Of a stretch of 64,000 nucleotides of DNA, positions 38,260-53,304 are shown in pieces. The position numbers were made by a program, and so were the translations under genes. This stretch comes from Tubiluchus corallicola (taxonomy: Eukaryota > Animalia > Priapulida). The DNA lies in contig JAQGDQ010000008.1 in assembly GCA_030141605.1 (NCBI GenBank), positions 1,488,001 to 1,552,000 on the forward strand, given 5' to 3'. Numbering within the stretch: position 1 is the stretch's first letter; every line of letters begins with the position of its first letter. The notes under the pieces were generated by a model, which did no database searches, was not told where the DNA came from, and saw only the letters and a program-made list of their open reading frames with translations.

Positions 38260-39430
38260 GCAAGTTCGTATTTCCTTTTGGAAATCGACTTTTTATTGAT
38301 TCAAATTTGTACATCAAATCTATTTTAGAGTGTGATATATTCATTCGATTTTGCCCGCGAAATGGAAGTCATTTCTATTGTGTAGACCTAACGATTTTAT
38401 TATTTGAATTTAATATCTTTAGTTAATATGTTTATTGTAATTATGTAATGATAATCCTGCAATATAAACATGTGCTTGTATGTGCGCGTTTAATTAATTT
38501 AATCTTTATTTTTAGCAGTTTGAATTTTAGTTTAACGTAATTTTCGTTTCAATGATTTTATGTATTGTATTTCATATGGACCTTTTAGCCTGAAATAAGA
38601 TAATAACCAATCAGTCAATTAATCAATAGCAATAACAACGACGACCCATTCCGTTCCCACTTGTTTCTGGTCTTTCTTTCTTTTACAACTATGTGAGTAA
38701 TTGACCTTTGTTTTTTCACCTATTGCTTTTGTTTTTTTATTATATCTTCTTGTCATTTGCTTTGCAGTTTCTTCCTTGTCCCACTGGCTTATTTATCTTT
38801 GCCTTCTTTTTCATAGTCTCTTTCTTTTCTGTCTTTTTGTGCCTGCTCTCATGATTGAGACGTTGGTGAAACTCGTCATTTCGAGTGTTTCAAGCCGATC
38901 AGACATTAATTCCCCAGAGGCTAAAAATATAGAAACTAAGCTCTAAGGTAAGAATGAAAGGCTTTTCTTTTTGATGAAAACAACGTCGAAGCATTTCTAT
39001 CTGTAAAATGCACATGTTTTCCAGTTGGGCGTATTTTTAAGAAAACATGCGCTCAGAAGACGAAATCCGCGATGCGCTTACACAATAATGGGACTAGAAC
39101 TGAAATTGAAATACAAAATTAATGGAGTTCTTTGTTTACATCTTTCTTAAATACACATTTTTCTGTTGCAATTAGTAGAAAAAATATTAATCTGAATTTT
39201 CATATTTATTGGTGCCAAAAATACATACAATACAAGAAAAAAAAACAAGACACATACAATTTCAATTTTGAAATATAGTGACACTGCAGGCAAACAAAAC
39301 AATTACCGATAAAACAAATAATATAAAATCGCTTCTGTTAGTTATCGTTTAGTTATTTAAACAAAAGTTTAATGATTAGTATATAAAATAAATTGTCATT
39401 CATTAGGCCCCATTTTCAGTGATATCATCA

Positions 39431-39675
39431 TTACATAGTATATTGTTCATCATGTCTTAAAAACGCTTTTTCAACATAATCTAAATCATTACTTCCCATC
39501 AAGAATAAAAATTTATCAACATCGCTCATAAGGAAAAATTCATGTACAATTACATTGATGCGATTGTATAATTTTCCTCTAAGATCATTGTAATATGGGC
39601 ATTTTATAACAAAGTGTAATTCATCTTCGATTTCATTTCTTAAACAATATGCGCATATACGATTCTCAGCCGATA
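39431..39675 (-). mobile_element. 3' fragment of the same LINE family as 20630-22160
   Basis: AENRICAYCLRNEIEDELHFVIKCPYYNDLR; DNA matches about 21985-22155. Confidence 0.8.
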
Positions 39676-41744
39676 CAAAATAACTTTTAATGTTACTATT
39701 ACTACTACGTTTAATAGTTTGTTTAGACATTTTAGCTGACTTTTCATGCCTGCCCACGTGAGTTTTTGTCACTTTGCATTCCAGTTACAGAAAGGAAGAA
39801 TATGCGAGTGAATCATACCCGAGTATTCCCTAGTATGCAGAACTGTCAAGATTTATTAGCTAAATAACCATGCAAAAGTATGAAAGCTTCCTTAACGTCA
39901 TGCTATTTCCCTTAACAAGTAACGATTTAATTTACGTGTGAATATTTTTAGCTTCTTTCTGGCTCGACTGACGGACCACATGTCGCTAATGTGTTTTATC
40001 AGGTCTGAAATAGGGCAGTCCTTCATGACCTTAAATTGTTCAGGATTGTTCGTTTCAGGGTTTCTACAGCTAATTGTATTAAACACCGTACGCATGAGCC
40101 ATTGAACTTTGTACAGATTTTTCCTTAGCTGACGGTATATATAGAAATAGAAATAGAAATAGTTTTACGGTTATTCTTGTTAAGCACGCATACGTGACTT
40201 CTTTTTGAAAATAGAATTTGTTACTGAAAACTTTAAAGCACAAATTCCTAAATTTTCCGAGACACTTTGTGTTTTATTCACACAGTGACGACAACAACGA
40301 CGACAATGACGATGAAAATATTTCTTTCGACAGTACTATTCCGTATCTCAACATTGCTTGTTAGTAAAATGAACTTTGAAATCGTTTTAAAGCAAAACAG
40401 AATGGATTCCGCGAGTATGACCGTGCTTATCACTTGGTAGTTGAATATTGTTATATTTTCAAAAACATATCATATTCACTCCTCGTCCAGTTACTGCAGG
40501 TCAGCACATTGTGATTTATCAGTGTGCATGATGGCCGTGACTATAATTGTCGGTTGATTATGCCTGGTCCCGGTTCGTACTCATGTATGACTGACAAATT
40601 TACCCTAATTTTCACATTTTGGCTCCTATCTCAGGTCCTTAGATAATTTCAATTCTTAACTGTACATTGTCTGAGCCCCTAACCCAAATGTCTGTCTTGC
40701 AGGTTTCGTGACTCTGTGTACCATAGTTTTCTAGTGTCCTTGTCCTTTAATCGAGGACACCGTTTGCCATCCCTTGTCTGTGTACCTACCACAGGTGTCT
40801 GTCCACTGGCACCCGCAAGTGGCAAGTTCTGTGGCGCTAGCCTTTTCCGTTTGTGAGTTAACATGGTTGTCCTAGAAAAACTCCTAGATAAAAGATGAAA
40901 TCAGGGTTCCCCTTAATCATCGATGCTCCCGGATAAAAATGTATGGTACACTAGTTTATATAAAGTATATTTTTCTAAGCACTCAACTGACCCAAACTTT
41001 CAGTACGCATACAATATCACGAAAGCTTCTGTGCTGTGCAGTTCGTGCTTTATAACTTGAAACAATTTTCACTACAGCGTGCTAATCCGACTTAAGCAAA
41101 AGGATTTTCCTGGTCAATAGTAATCTCTTGATCAGCGGCATTACTCTGACTAATTATTTTATAAATGGATTAACGACCGTCACTATATGGTGAAACAGGC
41201 AAGTGAAATATTGCCTCATTATTATCAGGTATGTTCATTTGCATAAACTGTCGGGGGTGTAGGCTTCTAATGAGCAATTAAACACTGCTGAATTCCATTC
41301 TGGCTACTACGAACAAGAGAGTACTGCACGATATAAAAACTACAATACTTGCGAAGATGCAAACAGCTGTCAGCTTGTAATTTGCTTTAATTTTTGCAAC
41401 AATCTTCCCAAGAATCCAGACATTGGTTAAATTAATGTATTGCGCAACCATGGTATTCAAGCAATATAAAATACTTTTTTATTTTTTAAGCTTGGTGACT
41501 ATCTTAAAATTTGGCTAGTATTTTTGAATGTTATGATGGCAAGTCACAACACTAACGTCTGGTTTTCGTTTCGCTGTTCTTTACGTTTTACGTAGACAAA
41601 CACAGGCGTAAAACTAAACTTGATATCTGTTTAGAAACCTGAACGCATTCTAATTGACTTTAGTGCTGAGCTGTCTACTGCTTACGGTAGCATATTGTTT
41701 CCTGATATCGTGATCTTTCCTTACCTCCAACGCCTCCTATGTTA

Positions 41745-42185
41745 GCCTACCTACCTGCCTATCTCCCTACCTACATACGTATCTACCTATCTACCTGCCT
41801 ATCTCCCTACCTAAATACTTACCTACCTCCTTACCTACCTACTTTCCTACCTATCTACTTAACTACCACCTATGTGCCTACCTACCTCCCTACCTACCTG
41901 CCGACCTATCTACCTGCCTATCTACCTACCTATCGACCTACCTACCTGCCTATCTGCCTACCTGCCTATCTACCTACTCATCTACATATCTAATTATGTA
42001 TCTACCTACCTGTCTACCTACCTCCCTACTTAACTACCTGCTTATCTACCTACTCATCTACACATACCTAGTTATCTATCTACCTAACTACCTACTTAAG
42101 TACTTACCTATCTACCTACCTACCTATCTATCAAGCTGCCTATGTGTCTATTTAGCTGCCTACCTACCTACTGTACTTACCTATC
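41745..42185. repeat. Degenerate (CCTA/CTAT)n microsatellite
   Basis: Direct reading. Confidence 0.9.
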
Positions 42186-42849
42186 TAAATTACTTTCCTT
42201 ACCCACATTCTTTCGCCAATATGGTTTTCTTTCATTCAATACGTGATTTTGTCATTAATTGCTGCAGATGCCACACATATAAATAAAGCCGCGTAATACA
42301 AAGTTGTATAGTAGATAGAGTGTAGCATGTATTATTGTGTAGAATATATCTATAAGAAACGCTAATCGAATATGGTAGCTCGCGCAGTAGTATAATCATC
42401 TCAGGAACAGGTAGGTGTTTCATGCACTCATATCTGCAAAATAATTGCCACAGGGATGTTTTATTCCTAAACCTATAATTCTATTACCACTCTGATTGCG
42501 AAAAAAGTGTTTTTATTCCACATTAACTAGGATCATAATTCAGGTAAAAACCCTTCTGACACCTGAAACCATAAACCTGAACTGCACAGATGCTTCTCTA
42601 AACTCATAATAAGATAAAAATAAAGAACTGTTTACTTTCACACAGCTAATATGTTCGCCCCCATATTGGTCATTGATGGGCTTCAAGTCAAACTTGAAAA
42701 CCAATTATCTGACAATATTATTGCATTCCAGTCTCAGCGGTGTCACATTTGATTTCGCTGAGTCACGTATGAAGCATGGCAAGGACATTTCTCATTTTCC
42801 TGCAACGACTTTTCAACTCTATAATCATAATGGTTATCATTATTGCCAC

Positions 42850-42875
42850 CACCATGATCATGATCATCATCGTCA

Positions 42876-42947
<72 letters not shown>
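42850..42947. repeat. (CAT)n microsatellite
   Basis: Direct reading. Confidence 0.9.
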
Positions 42948-42948
<1 letters not shown>

Positions 42949-43649
42949 TGTTTCTGTCGTCATCGTTGTCGCTTTTGCAGTTGCCGTCGTTGTCATAGTC
43001 AGTGTTGTTGTTGTTGCTACTGTTGCAGTTGATAGCATTGTGTCTGTAATTGTGACAAAGAAAATTAAGTTTGTTATTTGGCTTCACGTGAAAAAAACAT
43101 TTTAGTGAATTTAGTTGCAACCTGGTGTACAGAATTGTCAAGCATAAATGTCTTAAATATTCTTGCATTTCCAACAACAATAGATTAACACACTACAAAT
43201 AATTTAAGAAGTAAAGTGTAAATAAACGATGCATTTATCTCGCTTTTGTGCGCGGTTTTTATTGCTGCACTATAATGCAAAGAAAATGAGTAAATAAAGA
43301 AGGCTGATCATTTATGCTTATTAATTTGACCAAGCAATCGTATATATTACAATATTTGTAATATGTATCGCATGTCAATACGCCGCAAATAATGTTGGCT
43401 GTACAAACACAAATTAATCTCTCTGAACGCTACCGGTGACTTTATTTGCCTGAATGGTTGATACAACATGAAGAACTAAAGCTAATAATTGAGCAAAATG
43501 ATTATTATTTTTTATACTATTAGGGATCCAGCATTCAGTGGCAGGTTTTGTTCAGTCTGGGTGGTCGTAACAAGACCGGAATCTTACTCATTTGAATGCT
43601 ATCCAAGTAAGATGAGCCATCTCTTATCTATCCAAGATAAAGATAAAAT

Positions 43650-44950
43650 AACAGATAAGATAAGGTGGGATGCGATAGGATAGGATAAGATAGGGCAGAG
43701 ACGAGTAGGACAGGGTTAGACGAGATCAGGTAAGGTAATATGAGGTAAGGTAAGGTAAGATAAGGTAAGGCAAGGTAAGGTAAGGTAAGGTAGAATAAAG
43801 TAAGGTGAGGTAAGATAAGCTAAGCTAAGGTGAGGTAAGGTAAGGTATGGTAGGGTAGGGTAAGGTAAGGTAAGGTAAGGTAAGGTAGGGTAAGGTAAGG
43901 TAAGGTAAGGTAAGGTAAGTTAAGGTAAGGTAAGGTAAGGTAAGGTAAGGTAAGGTAAGGTAAGGTAAGGTAGGGTAGAGTAGAGTAAGGTAAGGTAAGG
44001 TAAGGTAAAGTAAGGTAAGGTAAGGTAAGGTAAGGTAAGGTAAGGTAGGTAAGGTAGGGTAGAGTAGAGTAAGGTAAGGTAAGGTAAGGTAAGGTAAGGT
44101 AAGGTAAGGTAAGGTAAGGTAAGGTAAGGTAAGGTAAGGTAAGGTAAGGTAAGGTAAGGTAAGGTAAAGTAAGGTAAGGTAAGGTAAGGTAAGGTAAGGT
44201 AAGGTAAGGTAAGGTAAGGTAAGGTAGAATAAAGTAAGGTGAGGTAAGATAAGGTAAGCTAAGCTAAGCTAAGGTGAGGTAAGGTAAGGTATGGTAGGGT
44301 AATGTAAGGTAAGGTAAGGTAAGGTAAGGTAAGGTAAAGTAAGGTAAGGTAAGGTAAGGTAAGGTAAGGTAAGGTAAGGTAAGGTAAGGTAAGGTAAGGT
44401 AAGGTAAGGTAAGGTAGGGTAGAGTAGAGTAAAGGTAAGGTAAGGTAAGGTAAGGTAAGGTAAAGTAAGGTAAGGTAAGGTAAGGTAAGGTAAGGTAAGG
44501 TAAGGTAAGGTAAGGTAAGGTAAGGTAAGGTAAGGTAAGGTAAGGTAAGGTAAGGTAGAATAAAATAAGGTGAGGTAACATAAGGTAAGTTAAGCTAAGG
44601 TGAGGTAAGGTAAGGTATGGTAGGGTAAGGTAAGGTAAGGTAAGGTAAGGTAAGGTAAGGTAAGGTAAGGTAAGGTAAGGTAAGGTAAGGTAAGGTAAGG
44701 TAAGGTAAGGTAAGGTAAGGTAAGGTAAGGTAAGGTAAGGTAAGGTAAGGTAAGGTAAGGTAAGGTAAGGTAAGGTAAGGTAAGGTAAGGTAAGGTAAGG
44801 TAGGGTAGAGTAAGGTAGGGTAGTGTAGGGTAGGGTAGGGTAACTTAAAGTAAGGTAAGGTAAGGTAAGGTAAGATAGGGCAAGGTAGGGTAAGATAAGG
44901 TAAGGTAAGGTCAGGTAAGGTAAGGTAATGATACGATAAGATACGATAAG
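43650..44950. repeat. (GGTAA)n pentanucleotide array, about 1.3 kb
   Basis: Direct reading. Confidence 0.95.
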
Positions 44951-45779
44951 ATTCAAATGGAAGTGGTGCTGGCAAGCCACTGGCATAGCAGTGTCGAGTT
45001 TTTTGCTGGATTACTGCTGTGTTTACTTGTCTTGAGAGCAGTTTTAGAATTTTGCACGTCTAATATCTAGAACAGACGTAATGGCCATATGATGATGATG
45101 ATATCTAAGATAAGCAGAAGAATTATAATTGCGCATTCACGTTCTTCTGTGCGTGCATTTTCTGCGAGGTGAACAGCCAGAATCAGCACAGCGAACGAAA
45201 CCACCGAGAACGAGTTTCGAATCCGCTGCACCCGCCCACTCACTGCCCAGCTTCGATCGCCGACGATGATATCGTAACCACTCAACCATATACTCTCCTC
45301 GATCAGCTTGTAAAACAATTTTTGCGTGTGTTCTAAGTATAGTTTTGAATATATGCAACCATTAATACCACATAGAAAAATTGTCATTAGACAGTTAACT
45401 CATGGAGCCACGTTACTATCAAATGATTTTGTGTATCGTCCCTCTCACTGAACAGATCAGAACCAGTTTTGTAATATAGATTTCACATCACTCCATTCTT
45501 TCATGCAATGAGATTTTCGAAATGTGTTATAAATTATTGAAGTCATTTGACGCATTATAACATCTTTCCAAAAACCGATTTTAGTTTATGTCATTAATGT
45601 TTTTTGCATCCTTGTAAATATTATCAATGCATTACGTATGTTTTGCATCTTGTTATATTCATCATAATGTGCCTTTACTGCAAACTTTCTTTGTTATTCT
45701 GGACTAATCATTAGATTTACCCCACATATTGCTATTTGACTCGATCTGTTAGCATTACAAAATATTAGTTGATAATACA

Positions 45780-46962
<1,183 letters not shown>

Positions 46963-49900
46963 AGCGATGGCTCCTAACCGTATAAACAAGATTTTCTCAT
47001 GGCAGTGTGAACTGTTCTCTTCGTGTAACATTCTGCACATATGAATCACGTGGTACCTTTCGGGTCAGTTTTACTTGCATTTTATAAGTTAACTCACTTG
47101 GCTTGACGCTCAAACTTCTCTCCAGAACTTAGTACCATTTTAGTGACCTTCGGCGAAAAGCAAAATTGTAATTATTGCCAATTTCTGTCACAGATATTGA
47201 CACCTACCATCTCATCAAGCAATTGTGACAGTTACTGACAGGCGTGGTTCATTTTGAATTAGCACGCATTGGGAACCAATGGAATCAGCATTACCATTAG
47301 TAATACCTACACGCTAAACTCCTTTTATCTACACCAAAAAGAAGCTAATGGAACTTATAGGAACCTCTTTTGCGTATTGAATACTGTATTCGCTGTGCAT
47401 TTTTGTATATCTGCAAAGAGTTTTCTGCTTCTCTGATAAGGAAATAAGTCCCAGAGTATTTCTTTGTTGGATTCATTTGTGGCCCGAAAAATGCATTATG
47501 TACTTACGTTTTTTTTCTGTACGGAATTAATGGGGAATTTTTTTATCTATCCGCAGAGCGTTTGCTAGTCAACATATGTTTGTTTGACTAAAAGTCGTGA
47601 ATAATAAACATTATTATTTAATAAGAATTAAATTGGCAAGGTCAGTTAAAACTTCTTGAAAATTATTCGGTAAAAATAGATTAATATGAATACCAAATTT
47701 TAGATGCTCAAAAATGACATTGTGATGCGTTTAGGCTAAACAAGTAATGGGTTATAAATACCAATAAATTGGTATGTTAATTTACATTAATAGTCTGTAG
47801 GGCAATGCGACGTTTATACGTCATGATTAGAAATCAGCACTCAAGCTCATATGCAGGACTTGATTGTTGTATTAACGGTTGTGGTAGTACCGGAAGCTAG
47901 CTAACTATTAATGACGGTTTTCTAAAAGACACACTTGACCGGCAGAAATGACTAACTGCATAAGAGGAATGGCCTGAGGCAACATTGAAAAATAAGCTGC
48001 CCAGAAGGATTTTCGTAGCGGTCACCTATCCGTTTACCTGCTCAACGTTGCTCAACTTCGGTCAGTCGGCGCACATGAGGTGACACTGAATGACTTGCAT
48101 GATCTTTGCTGGTTGTTCACCCCGTGTGTAAGAAGTGGCTCATAAGAGTTTCTCTCACTTACTGACCATTGCGCAAAAACTTCTTGTACACTATCTAGGG
48201 ACTCATTATTTACATTTAGCTTGTTTTGTAATGCCTTGAGCATACGTTTGTAGCGTGATGCATTAGAACACGTTGAAGTAAGTTAACTAAGTCAGGATTA
48301 GCTGGTTTAATTAGACGTATTGCGGACAACTCGGTATTACTGATTGCAAAAAAAAAACGTTTTTTACGAAATCAGTGTTACCAATTGAGAATTTCACTAT
48401 TTTTTTAAATTTCTGCACAGTGTACATCTACCTGCGTGTGCACTGGAAATATCATTCGACAATGACCGCGTGCGACCGACCCGATGAATACCAAGTACTT
48501 TTCGTAACTGTGGGCGATTTTAGAAAGTCCAAGTGCAATGACTACCATTTTCAGTAATAATTTACACCTATTTTGACATCTGTTTTTCTTCAGACGAGCG
48601 TATTGACATAATATTTCAAGCCATTAGATTAAATCTACGCCTAATGCAAAGTTCATATGCGTTAGATATGAGTTCTACGATGCTTTTCTGCATGAAGCCA
48701 AATTGGCAGATTGATTTTAAATTGGTTAGAATACAGAAGTCGACATTCATGAAACTGATTATGTTTTTCCAATTTCTTAGCAAATAAAGAGGAAATTTGT
48801 TTAAAATTTTCTGATTTGAGTTGTAAGTTATTTGGTAACATACAACGAAAATCAGAAATGGATATTTTACAACGCAAATAAGAAAACTTCGACAAATTTC
48901 CTTTCTTTTCTTGTAAAAAATTAGAAAAACATTGCGAGTTTTATGAATGTCAACTTCTGTAATAACGTGCCTCAAAAGTACACTTTAGTATTCACTTTTG
49001 GAAAGCGAAAGGGCACGGTAACGTTTGCGAAAACGAACAAAGTGTAAACGGGGCATAAAAATTTTTTCGAAAAGTAACACCAACTAGACAGAATCAAACA
49101 GCATCAATTCCCACATGATAAAAAGACTGTATCCTATCCAGGTACCCAGTAATAAGACGACCTGACTGTCATTTAGGAAGCATTAAGACGCAATCAGGGA
49201 CGCGTATTACGTTCCGCGGAAGCGCGTTCTGGCGACGGCTTATTGCGTAACGAAGCGGAATCGACCTCCCGCCTTTGTAGTTTTTTGTGAATGGCTTCTG
49301 CAGCATTTGTTTCGTTAAGTGAAGCCCTGATCTTTAAGATATCGACGCGTCGTGCTCACAAACGCGTCAAACGTTCACAAATACTAGTGAGAAATCACAC
49401 AAAATGTGTTGTTTCTTCAACTGTAGAACAGAATACAAAAGTGACAAAACTGTACACACTAGACATAAACAAAAGAACAGACCACAACAATGCAAAGAAA
49501 TCACATACCTACGGTATAATGGTTCAAGCACGTAAACACATACAACAAAGCAACATATATATGTATAAACAATCTTGATATCATAGACTTATTATTTTAC
49601 AATTATTGCAGTCAACTTGAGTCCAGTTATCTCAGTCAAGTCTGCACTTCCGTACCAATCTGACATTTTGTCACTTCTACATCTTGTGACAAATTTAGAA
49701 ACACAAACTTTTTCTTAGGAGACGAATTAAAGAACAAAAAAGCGTGACGTTCGAAACTACCGCTATGGTGTATCATCAGGTGAAAGAATAAGAAAAAATG
49801 GCAAAAAGATCCCCTAAACTCATTTAAAATTACTATTACTAATTTTTAGGAACTTTTGTATTACTAACGCATAAAGATATCGCACTCTTAAAGGATACAG

Positions 49901-50784
49901 TCACATAGAAAACACGCACAAAAACACAGCAAAGAAAAGCACATGGAAAAAACACAGAAGTGTAAAAATCACCGACCACAATCACAAAACTGAACATACA
50001 GAAGTGAAACATACAGCGTGATCGAAGCGAGTGAACTATACTTATGTGTGTGATACATTTACATGTTGATAATATAAACAGCTCCCTAAGAGTATACTAG
50101 TAATTTTATGTAACCCTTTTCCTTTTCCTTTTACCTAAAAATAAACTACAGTGGTAGTTTGAGACGTTATCATTGTTTTTTCTTTGTTTCTTAGCTGCGG
50201 GGTTTTCATTAATTGTCCCTATGCTTGTCATTAGGAATTAAAGTTGGGTTCACAAATGTTATTTTGCATTATATTCCAAAATCTTTGTAGCAGATAAAAC
50301 TGATTGAGCAGAATACAGCTTCACAACAGGATCCCGTGTTTTAAAAGCCGCCAGTGTTAATTATAATCTAAATACGTAATACAGACTATACAAGAAATTG
50401 CTTAGAATGTAGCTGAGGTTGTAGAATCTCCTGATGTAATTTTGAACGTATGTGCATTTATATATTTATCACATATAATTTAAATTCTTAAATTAGATCA
50501 TTTAACACAGCAAAATTAACAATGTTCAACAGTTTAAATGGGAAGAAAAGGAAATTTTAAAGTATACCGTAAAAAACTTTCCGTACAAAATTATATTACT
50601 TGGCATTATGCTTATCTTTTTGAAATACTTTTGTAATTGGAAAAGAAGAGTGTTAATGATTTAGTATACCCGCGCCACCCGATAAAAGGCATTGCATCGC
50701 CGTCCCAGTGTGCACCACTGATTCACCAAAAATACATTACTGATCTTGCTGATAAAGTAAGATAAAGTAATTGAAACTTTTGCA

Positions 50785-51005
50785 TAGTTAGCGAAGCATG
50801 TGCTATAAATGCTTTGACTATTTCTTCAAAGTTTATGCAATGTTATCTAAACTTAATTCAAACGACTTTTACCGTTAAAGTGGCTTCATCTAACGGTCAT
50901 CCCACTTACGCAAGCTCTTTATGCAATAAGACAAGCATGCAAGTGATATAAATTTTAAGACGAATTTTTTAAGCTTATTTATTAAGAGTGTTTTCCTGTG
51001 CTTTG
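50785..51005 (+). mobile_element. Diverged internal fragment of family A repeat
   Basis: gcaatgttatct..aact..ttcaaacgac..ttaaa.tggct..ctaac.gtcatc matches 13585-13650 and continues to the equivalent of about 13775. Confidence 0.55.
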
Positions 51006-51473
51006 CGTTGAACGTTGAACCATTATTATTTAAACCATTTCATAATTATAGTCATTGAACATTATGATTCATGCTCCCACTTCCACCATTTGTTCTAAGG
51101 TGGCAAAATTAAGGACCAAACTATAAGTAAGTTAATCCAAAGCTTGGAAAACTTCATCCATCGATGCTTCTGCGAATGAATATTACAGTCTACATGTGGC
51201 GTCGAAATCGCACTGCGTCAAACCATAGAAAGTAACGTAACGTCAAACCCAAAGTAATGGAAAAGAAAATTATCTTATATTATTATTGATCTGATAGTCT
51301 AGGAAAACATTACGGATCATTGATGGTTAATTCTTTCAGAGTTGTGTAACCATGGACCATATTCGGTTTCTGAGCTTTAAAAATATGGAAAACAATTACG
51401 CAAAGGACGTTGTACTAACAGATATATATTATGGCAAGCTCTAACGAGACCAGACCTAACTGTTTTTCTTTCT

Positions 51474-52475
<1,002 letters not shown>

Positions 52476-52483
52476 CCTATGAA

Positions 52484-52489
52484 TTTATT
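52484..52489 (-). terminator. Candidate polyadenylation signal of the DEG/ENaC gene
   Basis: AATAAA on the minus strand about 75 nt after the stop, just before the 1-kb tetranucleotide array. Confidence 0.45.
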
Positions 52490-52563
52490 ATGGTGTAATA
52501 TTCGAGAACAGAGATTTGAAAAAAAAAATTGGTGAAACCATTTCAAATCAGTTCGATAAATGG

Positions 52564-53304
52564 TTACCGTAAAGCTCTTCTAAGTAAAAGAAAAATGATA
52601 TCAGCAAAAAACTCGGCTACTTCGTAGACGGTAAGAACAGACAGTCCAATGTATAAGCCCAGCAAGCCGCCTATGTCTCCTGCCAGATCAGCTCCTTCAT
52701 AAGCATATTCTTCTGATACTGATTGCTGAACGATACTTTGCAGTCGAACCTGAAGTTGACTATAGGAATTTTTCACTAGAGATTCGAAATCAGTTTCCAC
52801 ACCATAAGCCCTATCCCCTGCTCCTTTGGCAGCATATTTCTGCTCGTAACGCAAATCGATGTCGGTTTTTTTTAATTCGATTGGAGAAAGTCGACGAAGT
52901 TTCGAATTCGTAGCAACGTCTTTCAATAGTGACGTCGTCACTGACATCTGGTAGTTCCTGAAGTGACATTTTGGAGGACATCGGCATGCGTTTTTATCAT
53001 AGATACCGGAAAGTGTGACATTTTTCCAGCATTGATCCATATCAGTGTGTGTGCATGTGTGCACAGTATCATTGTCTCCGCCTGTTGCAATCAAGGCTAA
53101 CCTTTCTGTCACCGGAACATCCGGTAAAGAACAACCGCAAAACCTGATGGCTTTTAGTTGAGCACATGTCTTTAAGCAAGAATGAATTCCATACTCAGTT
53201 CCATATATCTCTGCGAAGACATCAATATACGAGTCATTATGATTGACGTCGATGTCTTCCATACAGTCGTGTCCAGGGCGCTTTTTACGATGTATTGCTG
53301 ACAC
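52564..53304 (-). CDS. DEG/ENaC exon 3
   Basis: ttacag acceptor; Cys-rich thumb, TM2, stop. Confidence 0.9.
   Translation of the reverse strand: MSAIHRKKRPGHDCMEDIDVNHNDSYIDVFAEIYGTEYGIHSCLKTCAQLKAIRFCGCSLPDVPVTERLALIATGGDNDTVHTCTHTDMDQCWKNVTLSGIYDKNACRCPPKCHFRNYQMSVTTSLLKDVATNSKLRRLSPIELKKTDIDLRYEQKYAAKGAGDRAYGVETDFESLVKNSYSQLQVRLQSIVQQSVSEEYAYEGADLAGDIGGLLGLYIGLSVLTVYEVAEFFADIIFLLLRRALR

Noticed and set aside
40530-40585. tRNA or tRNA-derived SINE head (ggttcgtactc; also ggttcgaatct near 28270)
   Set aside because: Only a partial B-box, with no convincing A-box or cloverleaf.
43650-44986. (GGTAA)n as the arthropod telomere repeat, or the LTLPY ORF as a protein
   Set aside because: The unit is TAAGG, not TTAGG, and the ORF is a translation artefact of the repeat.
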